From: Bdellovibrionales bacterium
GTDB lineage: Bacteria; Bdellovibrionota_C; UBA2361; SZUA-149; JAGRAN01
Direction of reading: 5' to 3'
Assembly (NCBI GenBank): GCA_020434585.1
Contig: JAGRAN010000043.1
Coordinates: 1,157-65,156, forward strand
DNA length: 64,000 nucleotides
The translations under genes were made by a program, and so were the position numbers. Each line of letters opens with the position of its first letter. Position 1 is the first letter of the stretch. Below, in pieces: positions 1 through 10,000 of the stretch. The notes under the pieces were generated by a model. It searched no databases. It worked only from the letters and a program-made list of their open reading frames with translations, and had not been told where the DNA came from.

Positions 1-484
1 TGAACAAAAGCCAAAGTCCGAGAAAGCAGCACCCGTAACAAATTTGGCGATGAGAAAAAGAATACTCGAGCAGCGCCATGCGCCCAGCCGTAACTTTCGA
101 CCATCCTAGAAATAGCACGGGAACTAACCGAAGCAGCATCGACTTCGTGAACAAACTTGTCAAAACATACATGCTGCAAAACAAGAATATCCAAACGACG
201 ACGGTCACGTTTTTCATGATGTCGCCGTCGAGCCAGATGTCCGGCAGATACGGAGCTAGATACCAGAAGAAATCAAAGTGCGTATCCTTAAGTCCGGCAA
301 ATACATCGCGCGCGAACCGTTCAGGGTTAATCCGGGCGTAAAGGAATGTCGTGTAAATAATCAAATCCTGCCGCGGATAAATATATCCGGCAGTCAGCGC
401 CTTAATAATGCAAATCATTGTGACAATGACTGGCGGGAAAAGCAGCGCTTCAGCGAGTTCGTCTTTGGAGGTCTTCTTTAGCAT
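1..484 (-). CDS. Partial polytopic membrane protein, unknown function. Its N-terminus is inside the window and the gene continues beyond the window start.
   Basis: Manual reverse-strand translation from ATG at 484..482 gives MLKKTSKDELAEALLFPPVIVTMICIIKALTAGYIYPRQDL..., open through position 1 and hydrophobic-helix rich. It is not in the ORF track because it runs off the edge. Confidence 0.4.
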   Translation of the reverse strand, partial: MLKKTSKDELAEALLFPPVIVTMICIIKALTAGYIYPRQDLIIYTTFLYARINPERFARDVFAGLKDTHFDFFWYLAPYLPDIWLDGDIMKNVTVVVWIFLFCSMYVLTSLFTKSMLLRLVPVLFLGWSKVTAGRMALLEYSFSHRQICYGCCFLGLWLLF

Positions 485-597
485 TACTCGAAAGGTTAAT
501 TAGGAAACTTACCGCTGTCACGACTTATCCTGAAATCCGTACACACCGATAGCGTTCCGCATCAGCGGACAACAGTAATATAGACATTCTCCAGGAT

Positions 598-714
598 AAA
601 AGGTTGAGTACGGGACCCCGAAACCAGCTTCACCCGAGGGTAGAAGCTGGACACGGAATGCCGTTCCCAACCAACCCGGGGGTGATAACCTCCAATATCA
701 CACCCCGGGGTTGG
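598..714. repeat. Conserved structured element A, copy 1. Core is AAAGGTTGAG-N-ACGGGACCCC followed by GC-rich stems CCCGGGGGTGATA...TATCACACCCCGGGG.
   Basis: About 115 nt, shared with 2126..2239. It contains strong hairpins, with compensatory G-U/G-C changes between the two copies. It lies between two minus-strand genes. Confidence 0.6.
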
Positions 715-730
715 ACCAGCGACGACGCGG

Positions 731-1714
731 CTACTCGAGAATGAAGTAGCGCACGCCGGCGAAGTCGTCGGGAGCCGTACCGGTACCAGCGAAGCGAGCC
801 AGAACACCGTAGTCCGGAGCAGTCCACTCGGGCCAGAGCACGTCCTTGACATAGGCGCGCCAGGTGAGCGGATTGCCGTCTCCAGTGCGATTGGCCGGCG
901 GAAGCTGGTAGTACTCCTGCCAGCTGACCACCTTGGTCTGCGGCGGCGTGCTGGGATCACCATCGTGATCCACCTCGATGCGCGTGTAGAACGCAGCGCG
1001 TCGAGACAGCTCGTCCGTCGTCATCGGCCGGCGGTAGTACGGATCCCACTTCTGCCAACAAACGAACTCGAACTTGCCGTAGTCGTTGTACAGCGACGGA
1101 CGCGAACTCCGGAGAGCCCATACCGTGATGCCGCGAACGAACGGGAAGTCCTTGATCAGACGCTCGTCGTGGTGCTTCCAGTACTCGGCCATCAGGCGGT
1201 TGTACTCCGCGAGATCGCCAGCGGCCTTCGCATCCTCTGCGGCAGCCAAGGCTTCCGCGGCGAGGAGCATCAGACGCTGACGCTCGTTCCACCACTTCAG
1301 TTCGGCCTGCGAGATGAGACCGGCCTGCTGCAGCTGAACGAGCCGATCCTCCTCCTCCGCGTTCAGGCCGTCACGGTCGATGTTGACCGTGTTGCCCTGA
1401 CCGTTGATCTGGATGATCGTCCCGGTACCCGTGTTGACCGCCGCTTGACCGCCCGAGGGCGAGTTGACGGTAGCCGAAGGGGTGCTGGGATCCGAAGCCG
1501 CCGGCAAGCCGGAAGCCGCGGGGTCGGAGGTGGTGCCGCCCGTCGAAGCCGAACCCGAGGGATCGACCGCGGTGGAGGCCGTGGAGGCCGTGGTCGTCGC
1601 AGTCGGCTCGCTGGTGCCGCGCCTGTTGTTGAACAGCACGTACACGAGCAAGAAGACGACGGCGACGGACAGAAGGAACAGAGCGATGTTTTTCTTATCC
1701 CTGAGCCAGTTCAT
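731..1714 (-). CDS. Hypothetical signal-anchored protein (327 aa). It has a Ser/Thr/Pro/Ala/Gly-rich linker and a Trp/Tyr-rich C-terminal domain of unknown family.
   Basis: Long ORF. N-terminal KKNIALFLLSVAVVFLLVYVLFNN is a signal-anchor/TM. A low-complexity STP-rich region follows. The antisense 282-aa ORF at 965..1813 is judged spurious. Confidence 0.7.
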   Translation of the reverse strand: MNWLRDKKNIALFLLSVAVVFLLVYVLFNNRRGTSEPTATTTASTASTAVDPSGSASTGGTTSDPAASGLPAASDPSTPSATVNSPSGGQAAVNTGTGTIIQINGQGNTVNIDRDGLNAEEEDRLVQLQQAGLISQAELKWWNERQRLMLLAAEALAAAEDAKAAGDLAEYNRLMAEYWKHHDERLIKDFPFVRGITVWALRSSRPSLYNDYGKFEFVCWQKWDPYYRRPMTTDELSRRAAFYTRIEVDHDGDPSTPPQTKVVSWQEYYQLPPANRTGDGNPLTWRAYVKDVLWPEWTAPDYGVLARFAGTGTAPDDFAGVRYFILE

Positions 1715-1885
1715 GATGTTGCCTTCCTATTCCTTTCGGAATGGTTGGTGGACACCGAAACGCCGTTTGAGCGCGTCGGCAGATTGGTTTGGGAGCGCCA
1801 GACGCATGTCTGACTACAACTCCCCGGGAGCTGCCGAACAACGGTGTCCGACGAACAACTCCCTCCTGGGTGTGTAAGTGAAAGA

Positions 1886-1960
1886 AACCCTATCGTGCGC
1901 GAGCACAATGGGGTCCCGCTACTCATATGGCTTGGTTAGCTAACCAAGAAATCAAGGACC
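1886..1960. repeat. Conserved element B, copy 1. Core is AAACCCTA...GGGGTCCCGCTACTCATATGGCTTGGTTAGCTAACCAAGAAATCAAGGACC.
   Basis: About 75 nt, shared with 2476..2556 at about 85% identity over the core. It contains the palindrome TTGGTTAGCTAACCAA. It sits 170-250 nt upstream (minus sense) of the paralogous genes. Confidence 0.6.
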
Positions 1961-2125
1961 AGCACTTTGATGGCACCCGTGGTGATACACGGAGCCGTGC
2001 ATATCATTGTTATGGAGCTTGCGGGCCTTTTAGTGATGGGAATTAGCGGATGGGGTAGAACGATTATTCTAGTGTTCGCTATTTTGTTCTGCTCGTACGA
2101 CTCTAGGTACACAGGTAACTGGGTT

Positions 2126-2239
2126 AAAGGTTGAGAACGGGACCCCACAAACAGTTTCGCCCACATGGGTGAAGCTGAGTGTGCTGTCTAGAGCTCAGCC
2201 TTCCCGGGGGCAACAACCTCCTACTTGTCACCCCCGGGC
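2126..2239. repeat. Conserved structured element A, copy 2.
   Basis: AAAGGTTGAGAACGGGACCCC...CCCGGGGGCAACAACCTCCTACTTGTCACCCCCGGG. Same architecture as 598..714. Confidence 0.6.
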
Positions 2240-2251
2240 CAGTCATCGCGT

Positions 2252-2410
2252 TCACTTGCCAGAGCCCTCCTCGAAAGGAATGGCGGTCTTGAACTTGTAA
2301 CCTGAATTTCCGTGGAAATTGTAGGTCAGGGCCAAGCCGAGCAGAAACGCGACCAGTAAGCCCAGCAGCAGAGCTACGAACTTTCGCTTGTTCATCACGA
2401 ACTTCGTCAT
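2252..2410 (-). CDS. Unannotated small protein (52 aa), a signal-anchored peptide. It is a paralog of the N-terminus of the 731..1714 product.
   Basis: Manual translation gives MTKFVMNKRKFVALLLGLLVAFLLGLALTYNFHGNSGYKFKTAIPFEEGSGK. The TM segment aligns with KKNIALFLLSVAVVFLLVYVLFNN of the 327-aa protein. It falls below the 60-aa ORF-track cutoff. It is flanked by elements A2 and B2, exactly as the larger paralog is flanked by A1 and B1. Confidence 0.5.
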   Translation of the reverse strand: MTKFVMNKRKFVALLLGLLVAFLLGLALTYNFHGNSGYKFKTAIPFEEGSGK

Positions 2411-2475
2411 GGCTGTTCCTTCCTGTCCGCGTCGGGACGGTTGATGTATTCGAACTGGGTGTGATCTCCTAGGAC

Positions 2476-2556
2476 AAAAACCCTAGTACGCGGGTAAGCG
2501 TGTAGGGGTCCCATTACTCATACGGCTTGGTTACTAAACCAAGAAGTCAAAGACCC
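2476..2556. repeat. Conserved element B, copy 2.
   Basis: AAACCCTAGTACGCGGG...GGGGTCCCATTACTCATACGGCTTGGTTACTAAACCAAGAAGTCAAAGACCC. Arms TTGGTT/AACCAA are conserved and the centre varies. Confidence 0.6.
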
Positions 2557-2638
2557 GCGGGGCTAGAACGCGCGCGGGAATGCGTGTCTGAATTATAGGA
2601 AGCTCGACGAGGAGTGTGCCAAATAATCCGAGCTAAAC

Positions 2639-4012
2639 CTATAACTGCTGATAAAGCTTCTGTATCGCACTAAGGGCATTCTCGGACGCCACCAGTCTGC
2701 GATCACGCTTCGACAGACGCCTGCCGGAAGCATCCTTGGTCGAACCCAAGGTATAAGAAGGCATTAAGCCAAAGCTAATGTTCATTGGCTGAAAGTCTTT
2801 TCGCTGCGGGTCGCTAATGTAGCGCATTAAGGATCCGATGGCGGATTCGTGAGGAAACTCCACCATCTCCTCTCCACTGACTATTCGCGAAGCGTTGATC
2901 CCCGCAACCAAACCTCCGGCTGTTGATTCTACGTAGCCCTCCGTTCCGGTAACCTGACCCGCGAAGAACAAGCCTGGGCACGCACGAAAACTGAGCGTCG
3001 CATCGAGGCATTTAGGAGAATCGATAAAAGTGTTTCGATGGACCGAGCCAAGTCTAACAAACTCAACATTTTCCATCCCACTAAGAGTTTTAAAAATTCT
3101 GGTCTGCTCGCCGTGGCGCATTCGGGTCTGCATTCCGACCATACTCCACAGCGTCCCCGCCCTGTCGTCCATGCGCAGCTGCATAACCGCATACGGTTCG
3201 CGGCCAGTTCGCGGATCTTTCAGCCCCACTGGCTTGAATGCGCCAAAGCGCAAGGTATCTGGCCCACGACGGATGACATCTTCGATCGGCATGCAGCCTT
3301 CGAATGGCCGCAGATTATCGACCATGTCCGACTCCACCTCATCATGTCCGCCAAACTTTTCTGCGCGCGTAACTTCGTCAATGAAGGTGTAGTACTGCTC
3401 CCTGCTAAACGGAATGTTTAGATAATCATCTCCGTCGCCCTTGTCATATCGAGATGCTCGATACATCTGACTCATATCTAGCGATTCACCCAAGACAATC
3501 GGACTTATTGCGTCAAAAAAAGCTAAACTGCTCGACCCCGTAACTTTTTCTATCGCCGATGCTAAGGGCGCTGAGGTCAGCGGACCGGTGGCCACAATCA
3601 GCGGCTCAGACGGGTTGGCCTCTGGAAGCTGCTCTATCTCCTTTTCGCTAAAATTGATTAAGGGATGCGAGCGAATACGCTCATCGATATACTTGCTAAA
3701 TAGGACTCGATCTACGGCTAGCGCGCCGCCCGCAGGAACTGCAGTGGCATCAGCAGCTTCCATAATCAACGATTTCATCTCGCGCAGTTCAGCTTTCAAC
3801 AAGCCGACTGCATTGCTCAAATCTGCTCCGCGAAAGGAGTTGGAACACACTAGTTCCGCGCAGGAACCGGTCTTGTGTGCTTTCGTCATCGACTTGGGAC
3901 GCATTTCGAACAGCTGCACCGCTACGCCTCGCTCAGCTAGCTGCCACGCCGCCTCGCTTCCCGCTAAGCCGGCACCGATAATCTTTACGCACTTGCTCAT
4001 TGAACCAGACAC
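2639..4012 (-). CDS. trmFO: Methylenetetrahydrofolate--tRNA-(uracil54-C5)-methyltransferase TrmFO (Gid)
   Basis: 457 aa. N-terminal FAD-binding GAGLAGSEAAWQLA motif. Global similarity to TrmFO/GidA-like flavoenzymes. Confidence 0.85.
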   Translation of the reverse strand: MSGSMSKCVKIIGAGLAGSEAAWQLAERGVAVQLFEMRPKSMTKAHKTGSCAELVCSNSFRGADLSNAVGLLKAELREMKSLIMEAADATAVPAGGALAVDRVLFSKYIDERIRSHPLINFSEKEIEQLPEANPSEPLIVATGPLTSAPLASAIEKVTGSSSLAFFDAISPIVLGESLDMSQMYRASRYDKGDGDDYLNIPFSREQYYTFIDEVTRAEKFGGHDEVESDMVDNLRPFEGCMPIEDVIRRGPDTLRFGAFKPVGLKDPRTGREPYAVMQLRMDDRAGTLWSMVGMQTRMRHGEQTRIFKTLSGMENVEFVRLGSVHRNTFIDSPKCLDATLSFRACPGLFFAGQVTGTEGYVESTAGGLVAGINASRIVSGEEMVEFPHESAIGSLMRYISDPQRKDFQPMNISFGLMPSYTLGSTKDASGRRLSKRDRRLVASENALSAIQKLYQQL

Positions 4013-4159
4013 AGCATATTACCGCATTTTATACTAGGTAATTAAATTCAAGATCCCGCAACGCTGGACTTTTGTCAGCAAAAACCGATAGAAGGACTAC
4101 CACAAATCGTATCATTCGCTAAACTTCCCCCTACCCCATGCATTGAAAGGAGAACATCA

Positions 4160-5413
4160 ATGGCGATTGAGGTAACCATGCCCCAGCTCAGTGACACTAT
4201 GAGTGAAGGCAAAATTCTCAGCTGGCTAGTTAAAGAAGGCGACACAGTTCAGCGCGGCGACGCCCTGGCTGAGGTTGCAACTGATAAAGCAGACCTCGAA
4301 ATCGAGTCCTTTAACGCAGGAACGCTGCTTAAGATTCACGCGCCTGCCGGGACCACGGTAAGCGTTGGGTCAATCATTGCCCATATCGGCGAGGCTGGAG
4401 AAAACGTTCCCGAAATAGGGTCGGGTGCCGGCAAAGCAGAAAATCAACAGCCCGCCCCGATGAGCGAGCCTGCAGCTAGTCCTGCTCCCGCAGCCACTAC
4501 CACACCTCAACAGCAACATATCGCACCTTCCGCCAACTCAGACGGTGGAAGAATTAAAATCTCGCCATTAGCTAAAAACTTAGCGCTGTCTCACGGTGTT
4601 GATGTTGCCAGCATCCAAGGCAGTGGAGATGGAGGAAGAATAGTTAAGCGAGATATCGAATCCGCGATGAACCAAGCACCGACCCAACCGGCTGCCGCCC
4701 CCCGTGCTGTAGCTCCCGCCACCGCACAGGTACAGGGTTCTTCTGCACCGCTTAGCTCAATGCGCCAAACAATCGCTAATCGAATGGTCCAGAGTGTAAA
4801 CGAAATTCCGCACTTTTTTATGACCACGAAGATATTGATGGATGAGTGCATCAAGGTTCGTGCAAGCCTTAAAGCACTGCCTCAATACGAAGGCATTACT
4901 TTTAATCACTTAATTGTAAAAGCCGCTGCGCTTGCACTGCGGGCACATCCGCGAATAAATGCTGCATACCGCGACGGCTCGCTGCTGCAACCCGGTAATA
5001 TCAACGTTGGAATTGTTACGGCCCTCGACGACGGCCTTATGATTCCCGTTGTAAAGAATGCCGACCAGCTTCAACTTGCTGATGTAGTTTATGAAGCTCG
5101 CGGCTTGGTCCAGCGCGCGCGTGCCGGTCGTCCCAAGTCTGATGACCTTACCGGAGGAACCTTCAGCATTTCTAATGTCGGTAATCTGGCGGTCGAGAGT
5201 TTCACTGCGATAATCAATCCGGGACAGGGAGCAATTCTTGCAGTCGGCGCAATTGAAGAGGAAGCTGTCGTAGTCGAAGGCGAACTGCTTATTAGTTCGG
5301 TAATGCGCATTACTTTGTCTGTAGATCACCGAATAATTGACGGTGTCGTAGGCGCTCAGTTCTTAACCGAACTCAAGCGTCTACTAGAAGACCCAATTCT
5401 ACTGCTCGCGTGA
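4160..5413 (+). CDS. 2-oxoacid dehydrogenase complex E2 component (dihydrolipoamide acyltransferase)
   Basis: Lipoyl domain with lipoyl-Lys in ATDKADLEIES. E3/E1-binding domain ISPLAKNLALSHGVDV. Catalytic domain with DHRIIDG motif. Strong SD AAAGGAGA upstream. No E1 or E3 gene is adjacent. Confidence 0.9.
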   Translation: MAIEVTMPQLSDTMSEGKILSWLVKEGDTVQRGDALAEVATDKADLEIESFNAGTLLKIHAPAGTTVSVGSIIAHIGEAGENVPEIGSGAGKAENQQPAPMSEPAASPAPAATTTPQQQHIAPSANSDGGRIKISPLAKNLALSHGVDVASIQGSGDGGRIVKRDIESAMNQAPTQPAAAPRAVAPATAQVQGSSAPLSSMRQTIANRMVQSVNEIPHFFMTTKILMDECIKVRASLKALPQYEGITFNHLIVKAAALALRAHPRINAAYRDGSLLQPGNINVGIVTALDDGLMIPVVKNADQLQLADVVYEARGLVQRARAGRPKSDDLTGGTFSISNVGNLAVESFTAIINPGQGAILAVGAIEEEAVVVEGELLISSVMRITLSVDHRIIDGVVGAQFLTELKRLLEDPILLLA

Positions 5414-5422
5414 GCTCGCTGC

Positions 5423-7027
5423 ATGAAGCAAGATGTTCGATTTTTTAAGATTGTAGATCGCGAGGGTCCCGAAGACTTCGAGACAACGCTGGCGTTTCAG
5501 CAGAACCTGCTTAAATCAAAAGTCGAAGATCGCAGCCTGCTCGACACTCTGGTTCTCGTTGAACATGAAGAGGTATACACTGCAGGGCGCGGATGCGATT
5601 TTCAAACTCCGCTTGCCTCCGATGCCTCCCGCGTGCCCTGGGTAGAAATTGGCAGAGGTGGGCAGGCCACATTTCACGGCCCAGGACAGCTCGTCGCCTA
5701 TCCGATTTTCGACTTAGAACATCATGGACGTGATGTTCACATATTTCTGCGGATGCTCGAAGAAACAATCATCAAGACCCTGGCCGAATTTGATGTTGCG
5801 GGCCAGCGACGCGAGGGCCTGACCGGTGTGTGGGTGACGCTAGACGGACAGTGGAGAAAAATTGCGTCTTTAGGCATCGGAGTACGGCGCTGGGTGTCCT
5901 ACCACGGATTGGCGCTCAATGTTTCTCCTAACCTCGATTTCTTTAAAGCAATCTCCCCTTGCGGCCAGGACGGCGCAATAATGACATCGCTGGAAGAGGT
6001 CAGACGATCAATGGATCGAGTCACTCCGAGCATGGCTGAGATTAAGCAGGCCCTAACTCTTGCCTTTTGCGACGTGTTTTCAATGTCGCTCGACGAGGAG
6101 AAAAGCTTACTTGCCGGCAAACGTCCGCGTTGGATTAAAGCTAAGGCTCCAGGGTCCCCGGAGTTCATGGAAACGCTCAACATCGTAAAGAGCAAAGGAC
6201 TAGTAACAGTTTGCGAAGAAGCGCGCTGCCCCAATATCGGCGAGTGCTGGTCACACCACACCGCAACCTTCATGATTATGGGCGAGCTGTGCACGCGCCG
6301 CTGTGCCTTTTGCTCAGTAAAGGATGGTCTTAAAACTACATTAGAACCACTCGATATTTTTGAACCGCTGAAAGTTGCGCGAGCCGTCAAAGAATTGAAC
6401 CTGAAGCATATCGTCGTTACCTCGGTAAACCGAGATGACCTCGAAGACATGGGAGCTGCTCACTTCTATCGGACGGCAAAGGCCATCAGAGAGGCCAATC
6501 CCGAATGTAAAATCGAGTTTTTAATCCCCGATATGCGCGGGCGACGCGAACTGCTTGAGACTATTTTAAAAGACAACCTCGTACACGTGCTTAACCACAA
6601 CATCGAAACTGTACCCAGACTCTATAGAACCGTTCGACCTGGAGCGAAGTTCGATCGCTCCCTTGACATTCTGCGTTGGGCTAAAGAAATCCACCCATCC
6701 GTGAAAACGAAGTGCGGCATTATGGTCGGTTTAGGCGAACGCCGCGACGAAGTTACTCAAGTTATGGATCGACTTCGTGAGATCGATGTAAACATTATGA
6801 CTATCGGTCAATACTTGCAGCCGTCCAAAAAGCAGCTGCCCGTCAAACGCTTCGTCACTCCTGAAGAATTTGAAGACTACAAGCAGGAAGGCATCAATCG
6901 CGGCTTTTCGTTTGTGGAATCTGGGACTTTTGTAAGAAGTTCATACCACGCATGGAAACACACAGAAGAAGCTGAGCGGGCCGAGAGGCATTCTGAGGCA
7001 CCTACGCACGCACACGCAACTTTGTAG
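5423..7027 (+). CDS. lipBA: Fused octanoyltransferase LipB / lipoyl synthase LipA (534 aa)
   Basis: N-terminal half has the LipB fold (HEEVYTAGRG, GQLVAYPI). C-terminal half is radical-SAM LipA, with CEEARCPNIGEC and CTRRCAFCSV cysteine clusters. Single continuous ORF. Confidence 0.85.
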   Translation: MKQDVRFFKIVDREGPEDFETTLAFQQNLLKSKVEDRSLLDTLVLVEHEEVYTAGRGCDFQTPLASDASRVPWVEIGRGGQATFHGPGQLVAYPIFDLEHHGRDVHIFLRMLEETIIKTLAEFDVAGQRREGLTGVWVTLDGQWRKIASLGIGVRRWVSYHGLALNVSPNLDFFKAISPCGQDGAIMTSLEEVRRSMDRVTPSMAEIKQALTLAFCDVFSMSLDEEKSLLAGKRPRWIKAKAPGSPEFMETLNIVKSKGLVTVCEEARCPNIGECWSHHTATFMIMGELCTRRCAFCSVKDGLKTTLEPLDIFEPLKVARAVKELNLKHIVVTSVNRDDLEDMGAAHFYRTAKAIREANPECKIEFLIPDMRGRRELLETILKDNLVHVLNHNIETVPRLYRTVRPGAKFDRSLDILRWAKEIHPSVKTKCGIMVGLGERRDEVTQVMDRLREIDVNIMTIGQYLQPSKKQLPVKRFVTPEEFEDYKQEGINRGFSFVESGTFVRSSYHAWKHTEEAERAERHSEAPTHAHATL

Positions 7028-7044
7028 CGGAACCGGGGTCCTAT

Positions 7045-10000
7045 ATGACGAATTCGCCGCCCCCTCCTCGCCGTCGAGTTTCGGTGAAGCGGCTAATTGT
7101 TGTGCTACTGTTGTTGGCCGGCTTTTTTGCAATCCGCCCATCGCTTGATGATACATTAAAGTCGATTGTTGAAGACGTTTTCACTAAGGGCACTGGCTGC
7201 AATACAACGATCCAGTCGGCACACCTACAATTTATCCCAATTGGAGCGACTGCTGAAAATGCCGCAATTCGCTGTGAAGGAGAAAACGCGCCTGGCGGAT
7301 TCACCGCCAAAAAGGTTTCTATCCGGATCGATCCGCTGCAGTTATTAGGCAAGAAGATCTACTTGCAGGATTTGCACATCTCCGGTGCTCAAGTAGTCAG
7401 TATTGGAACAAAGTCGGCACTAATTAAGACTGTCGAATTCGTAACGGAGAAACCAGCCCCCAAACCCAACGCCAAAAAGAGCTGGCACTCGTTCATTTCA
7501 ACTGGTTGGAAGGTTGAGCTCTCTGGTCTTGAAATAAGTTCAGCTCCCCAATCCGCTTTTGACACTCCTCGCTCCGGACCCGAAGACGAGCTGTGGCAGT
7601 CGCCGGATCTTACCATCGGAGTCGATGACTTTGAATTTGTTTGGAAGGACGTTCGCTTTACAGCCACGCATACCGAACGCAAGTACCCTTTCAGCCGACT
7701 CTTTGCTAGAGCGGGAGGTTTCGGAGTTAAACGCCGCGATGCGGGAGGGATCAGTTTAGGATATATCGACGCTGGCGTTTCCATCGAGAACGGACGGCTC
7801 GAAGTAATCCACGCCTATACGCGCTACGGACCTCCGGCAGGCCAGCCGCAAGTCTCACGCTTAACCGCCGAGGGCGGTATGAACATCCGCGACCGAACAT
7901 ACGATTTCCGCGCAAAAGCAGACCTCTATCCCGAATTCCTGGCCACATTGCTTCCCGCCGCGTCTAAGACAATTTTCGACAGCGAGCTTAAAGCTAGCAT
8001 AGACGGTACAGTCACTGGAAAGTTAAGCGACCCAATCCTTACCGGCGACTTCAATTTCCGCGTAGCATCGCCGCTTGCCATGTATGAACAAGAGGCCTGC
8101 GCGTTTAAGCGTATTGATTCTAAATTTAAGCTGACAACTGACCTGCTCCACCTTTACGACATTCAAATTGGGGACCTCATATCGAGTTCTGACGTATCGC
8201 TGCAGCTTCTTGGCGATTATGCGTTCACTGCCGATCTTGATTATGCCATCAATCGCAGCTCGCCATTTGTCGAGAAGTGCCTAGCCGCGACTGACAGCTC
8301 GGGCGAACAATGGCTTGACGTCACTCTACGCAACGCTGTCGCAAACTCTAGGGGAAATGTTGCTGCAAGAGGCACAGTCTCTCCACTATTTGCAAACGGA
8401 ACTTGGGTTTCTCACTTTCACAGCACAGACGTAAGCGACAAAGCTACCCTCAAAAGCACGTTTAACCTTTCCGATGGCAAACTTTCCGTTTCACTTAAGG
8501 AACGTGGGGATGTGGCGCAGGTTAGGGAGTCGCCAATTATTGACGAAGGAGCTGCGACTGCGCGCTCAACAACCTTTCAGACCACAACAAACGCAAATAT
8601 TGATCTCGTGCTGGCCTACTACTTCGGCAGCGGTAAACTTGGTTTAGAAAAGTGCCGCGTCAAGCGCTACCCCTTAAGCCGATTGCTCGCCAGACTTGCG
8701 CCGTTTATGCCGCAGCGTGTTCTTGCAAATGCGAGCGATTTCGTTACGGAAGACAGTTTGCTTGACTTGAATTTCAAGCTTTCGAGAGACGCGGCAGATA
8801 AACCGTGGATCGGCAATGGCACTATCAATGCCCGCAGCCTTGAGTATCACGGATTCCCCGTCACCAGCCTCGATGCTCCGTTCTCGATGCAAGGGGGAGC
8901 ACTTGAAATTTCCGAGATAACGGCGACATCGGCATTTGGACAGCTTAATGGCTCCATTGCACTCGGAGCGAAGGATACCCTAAGCGGCACTCTCCGATTG
9001 GACGTACCGGACCTTTCCTACGTCCCGTGGTGGAAGGACGTCATGCCCGACATGACCGCCGCACTTCAAGGTGTAGTTGAACTGCAAGGCACTACCGATT
9101 CACCGAATATAAAGGGCGAACTGCAAATACAACCCTCGACGGATTTAGACTCGCCGATCGAGCTCGTTTCTTACACATCTTTTAAAACGGAATCTGGGGC
9201 ACTAATCGGAGATGCGGAACTTTTTGGTAAACGAGCATCCGCAACTTGGTCTTACCCGTTAAGTGAAGATTCCAAGAAACCGTTGAAGATCGAAATGCGT
9301 GCCGACAAATTCCCAATCAGCGTTTTGCTTCCTTCACATATTCGTAAGCTGCTGTCCGAACAAGTTTCGGATCAAAATGGCTCGCTCAGCGGCACTTTGA
9401 TTTACTCGGCTGCTCCCCCGAATCTTAACCGGGGGAACGGCGAACTCACCTTAGACGAGCTCACGTTACAAACACCCTCTGCCCGAATTCGCAATCCGCA
9501 GCCAATATACATAGATATCGTCGAAGGCACGTTCAAATTTAACGACTTAATTCTACTTGCTAACGACCGGGAGCTAAGCATTAAGGGCTCAGCTGGTGCC
9601 GTGACAGGTTGGAACGTCGACTTAAGTTCAAATTGGGAACTCGGCGCGCTGACGTCAATGATCCGACAAGTTGAGCAGCTCTCCGGCGAACTAGAACTAA
9701 ACGCCAGTATATATGGAGACTTTGACAGCCCGCGTTTGGCCGGCTCAGCTAAACTTCGCAAGGGTACGGCATCAATGAAGCTGGATGAAACCTTCATCGG
9801 TGCAAACAAACTAGAGGGAGAAATCCGGATCGCCGATGATTCGCTGCTGCTTGAACGATTAGAAGGTCAAGTCGGGCAAGGACACTTAATAGCTCAAGGT
9901 CGTCTGGATCAGCTGTTTAGTCCTACATCAAGAAACGGCGTGATTGAAATTGTCGCGACCGAGGTATCAATTCAGCCTTCCGATGTAATTAATATTCGAT

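Noticed and set aside
965-1813. 282-aa plus-strand ORF
   Set aside because: It is antisense to the 731-1714 gene. It is Arg/Gly-rich, typical of a spurious frame in GC-rich coding DNA.
598-2556. Interpretation of the A/B elements as integron attC sites or as an IS element
   Set aside because: No GTTRRRY-type core sites. No integrase or transposase nearby. The enclosed cargo is a signal-anchored protein. They are kept as unexplained conserved repeats instead.
1715-2640. Possible tRNA or other small RNA gene in the non-coding stretch
   Set aside because: No cloverleaf-compatible segment was found, and no T-loop GTTCRANYC or 3' CCA context. The hairpins belong to the A/B repeats.
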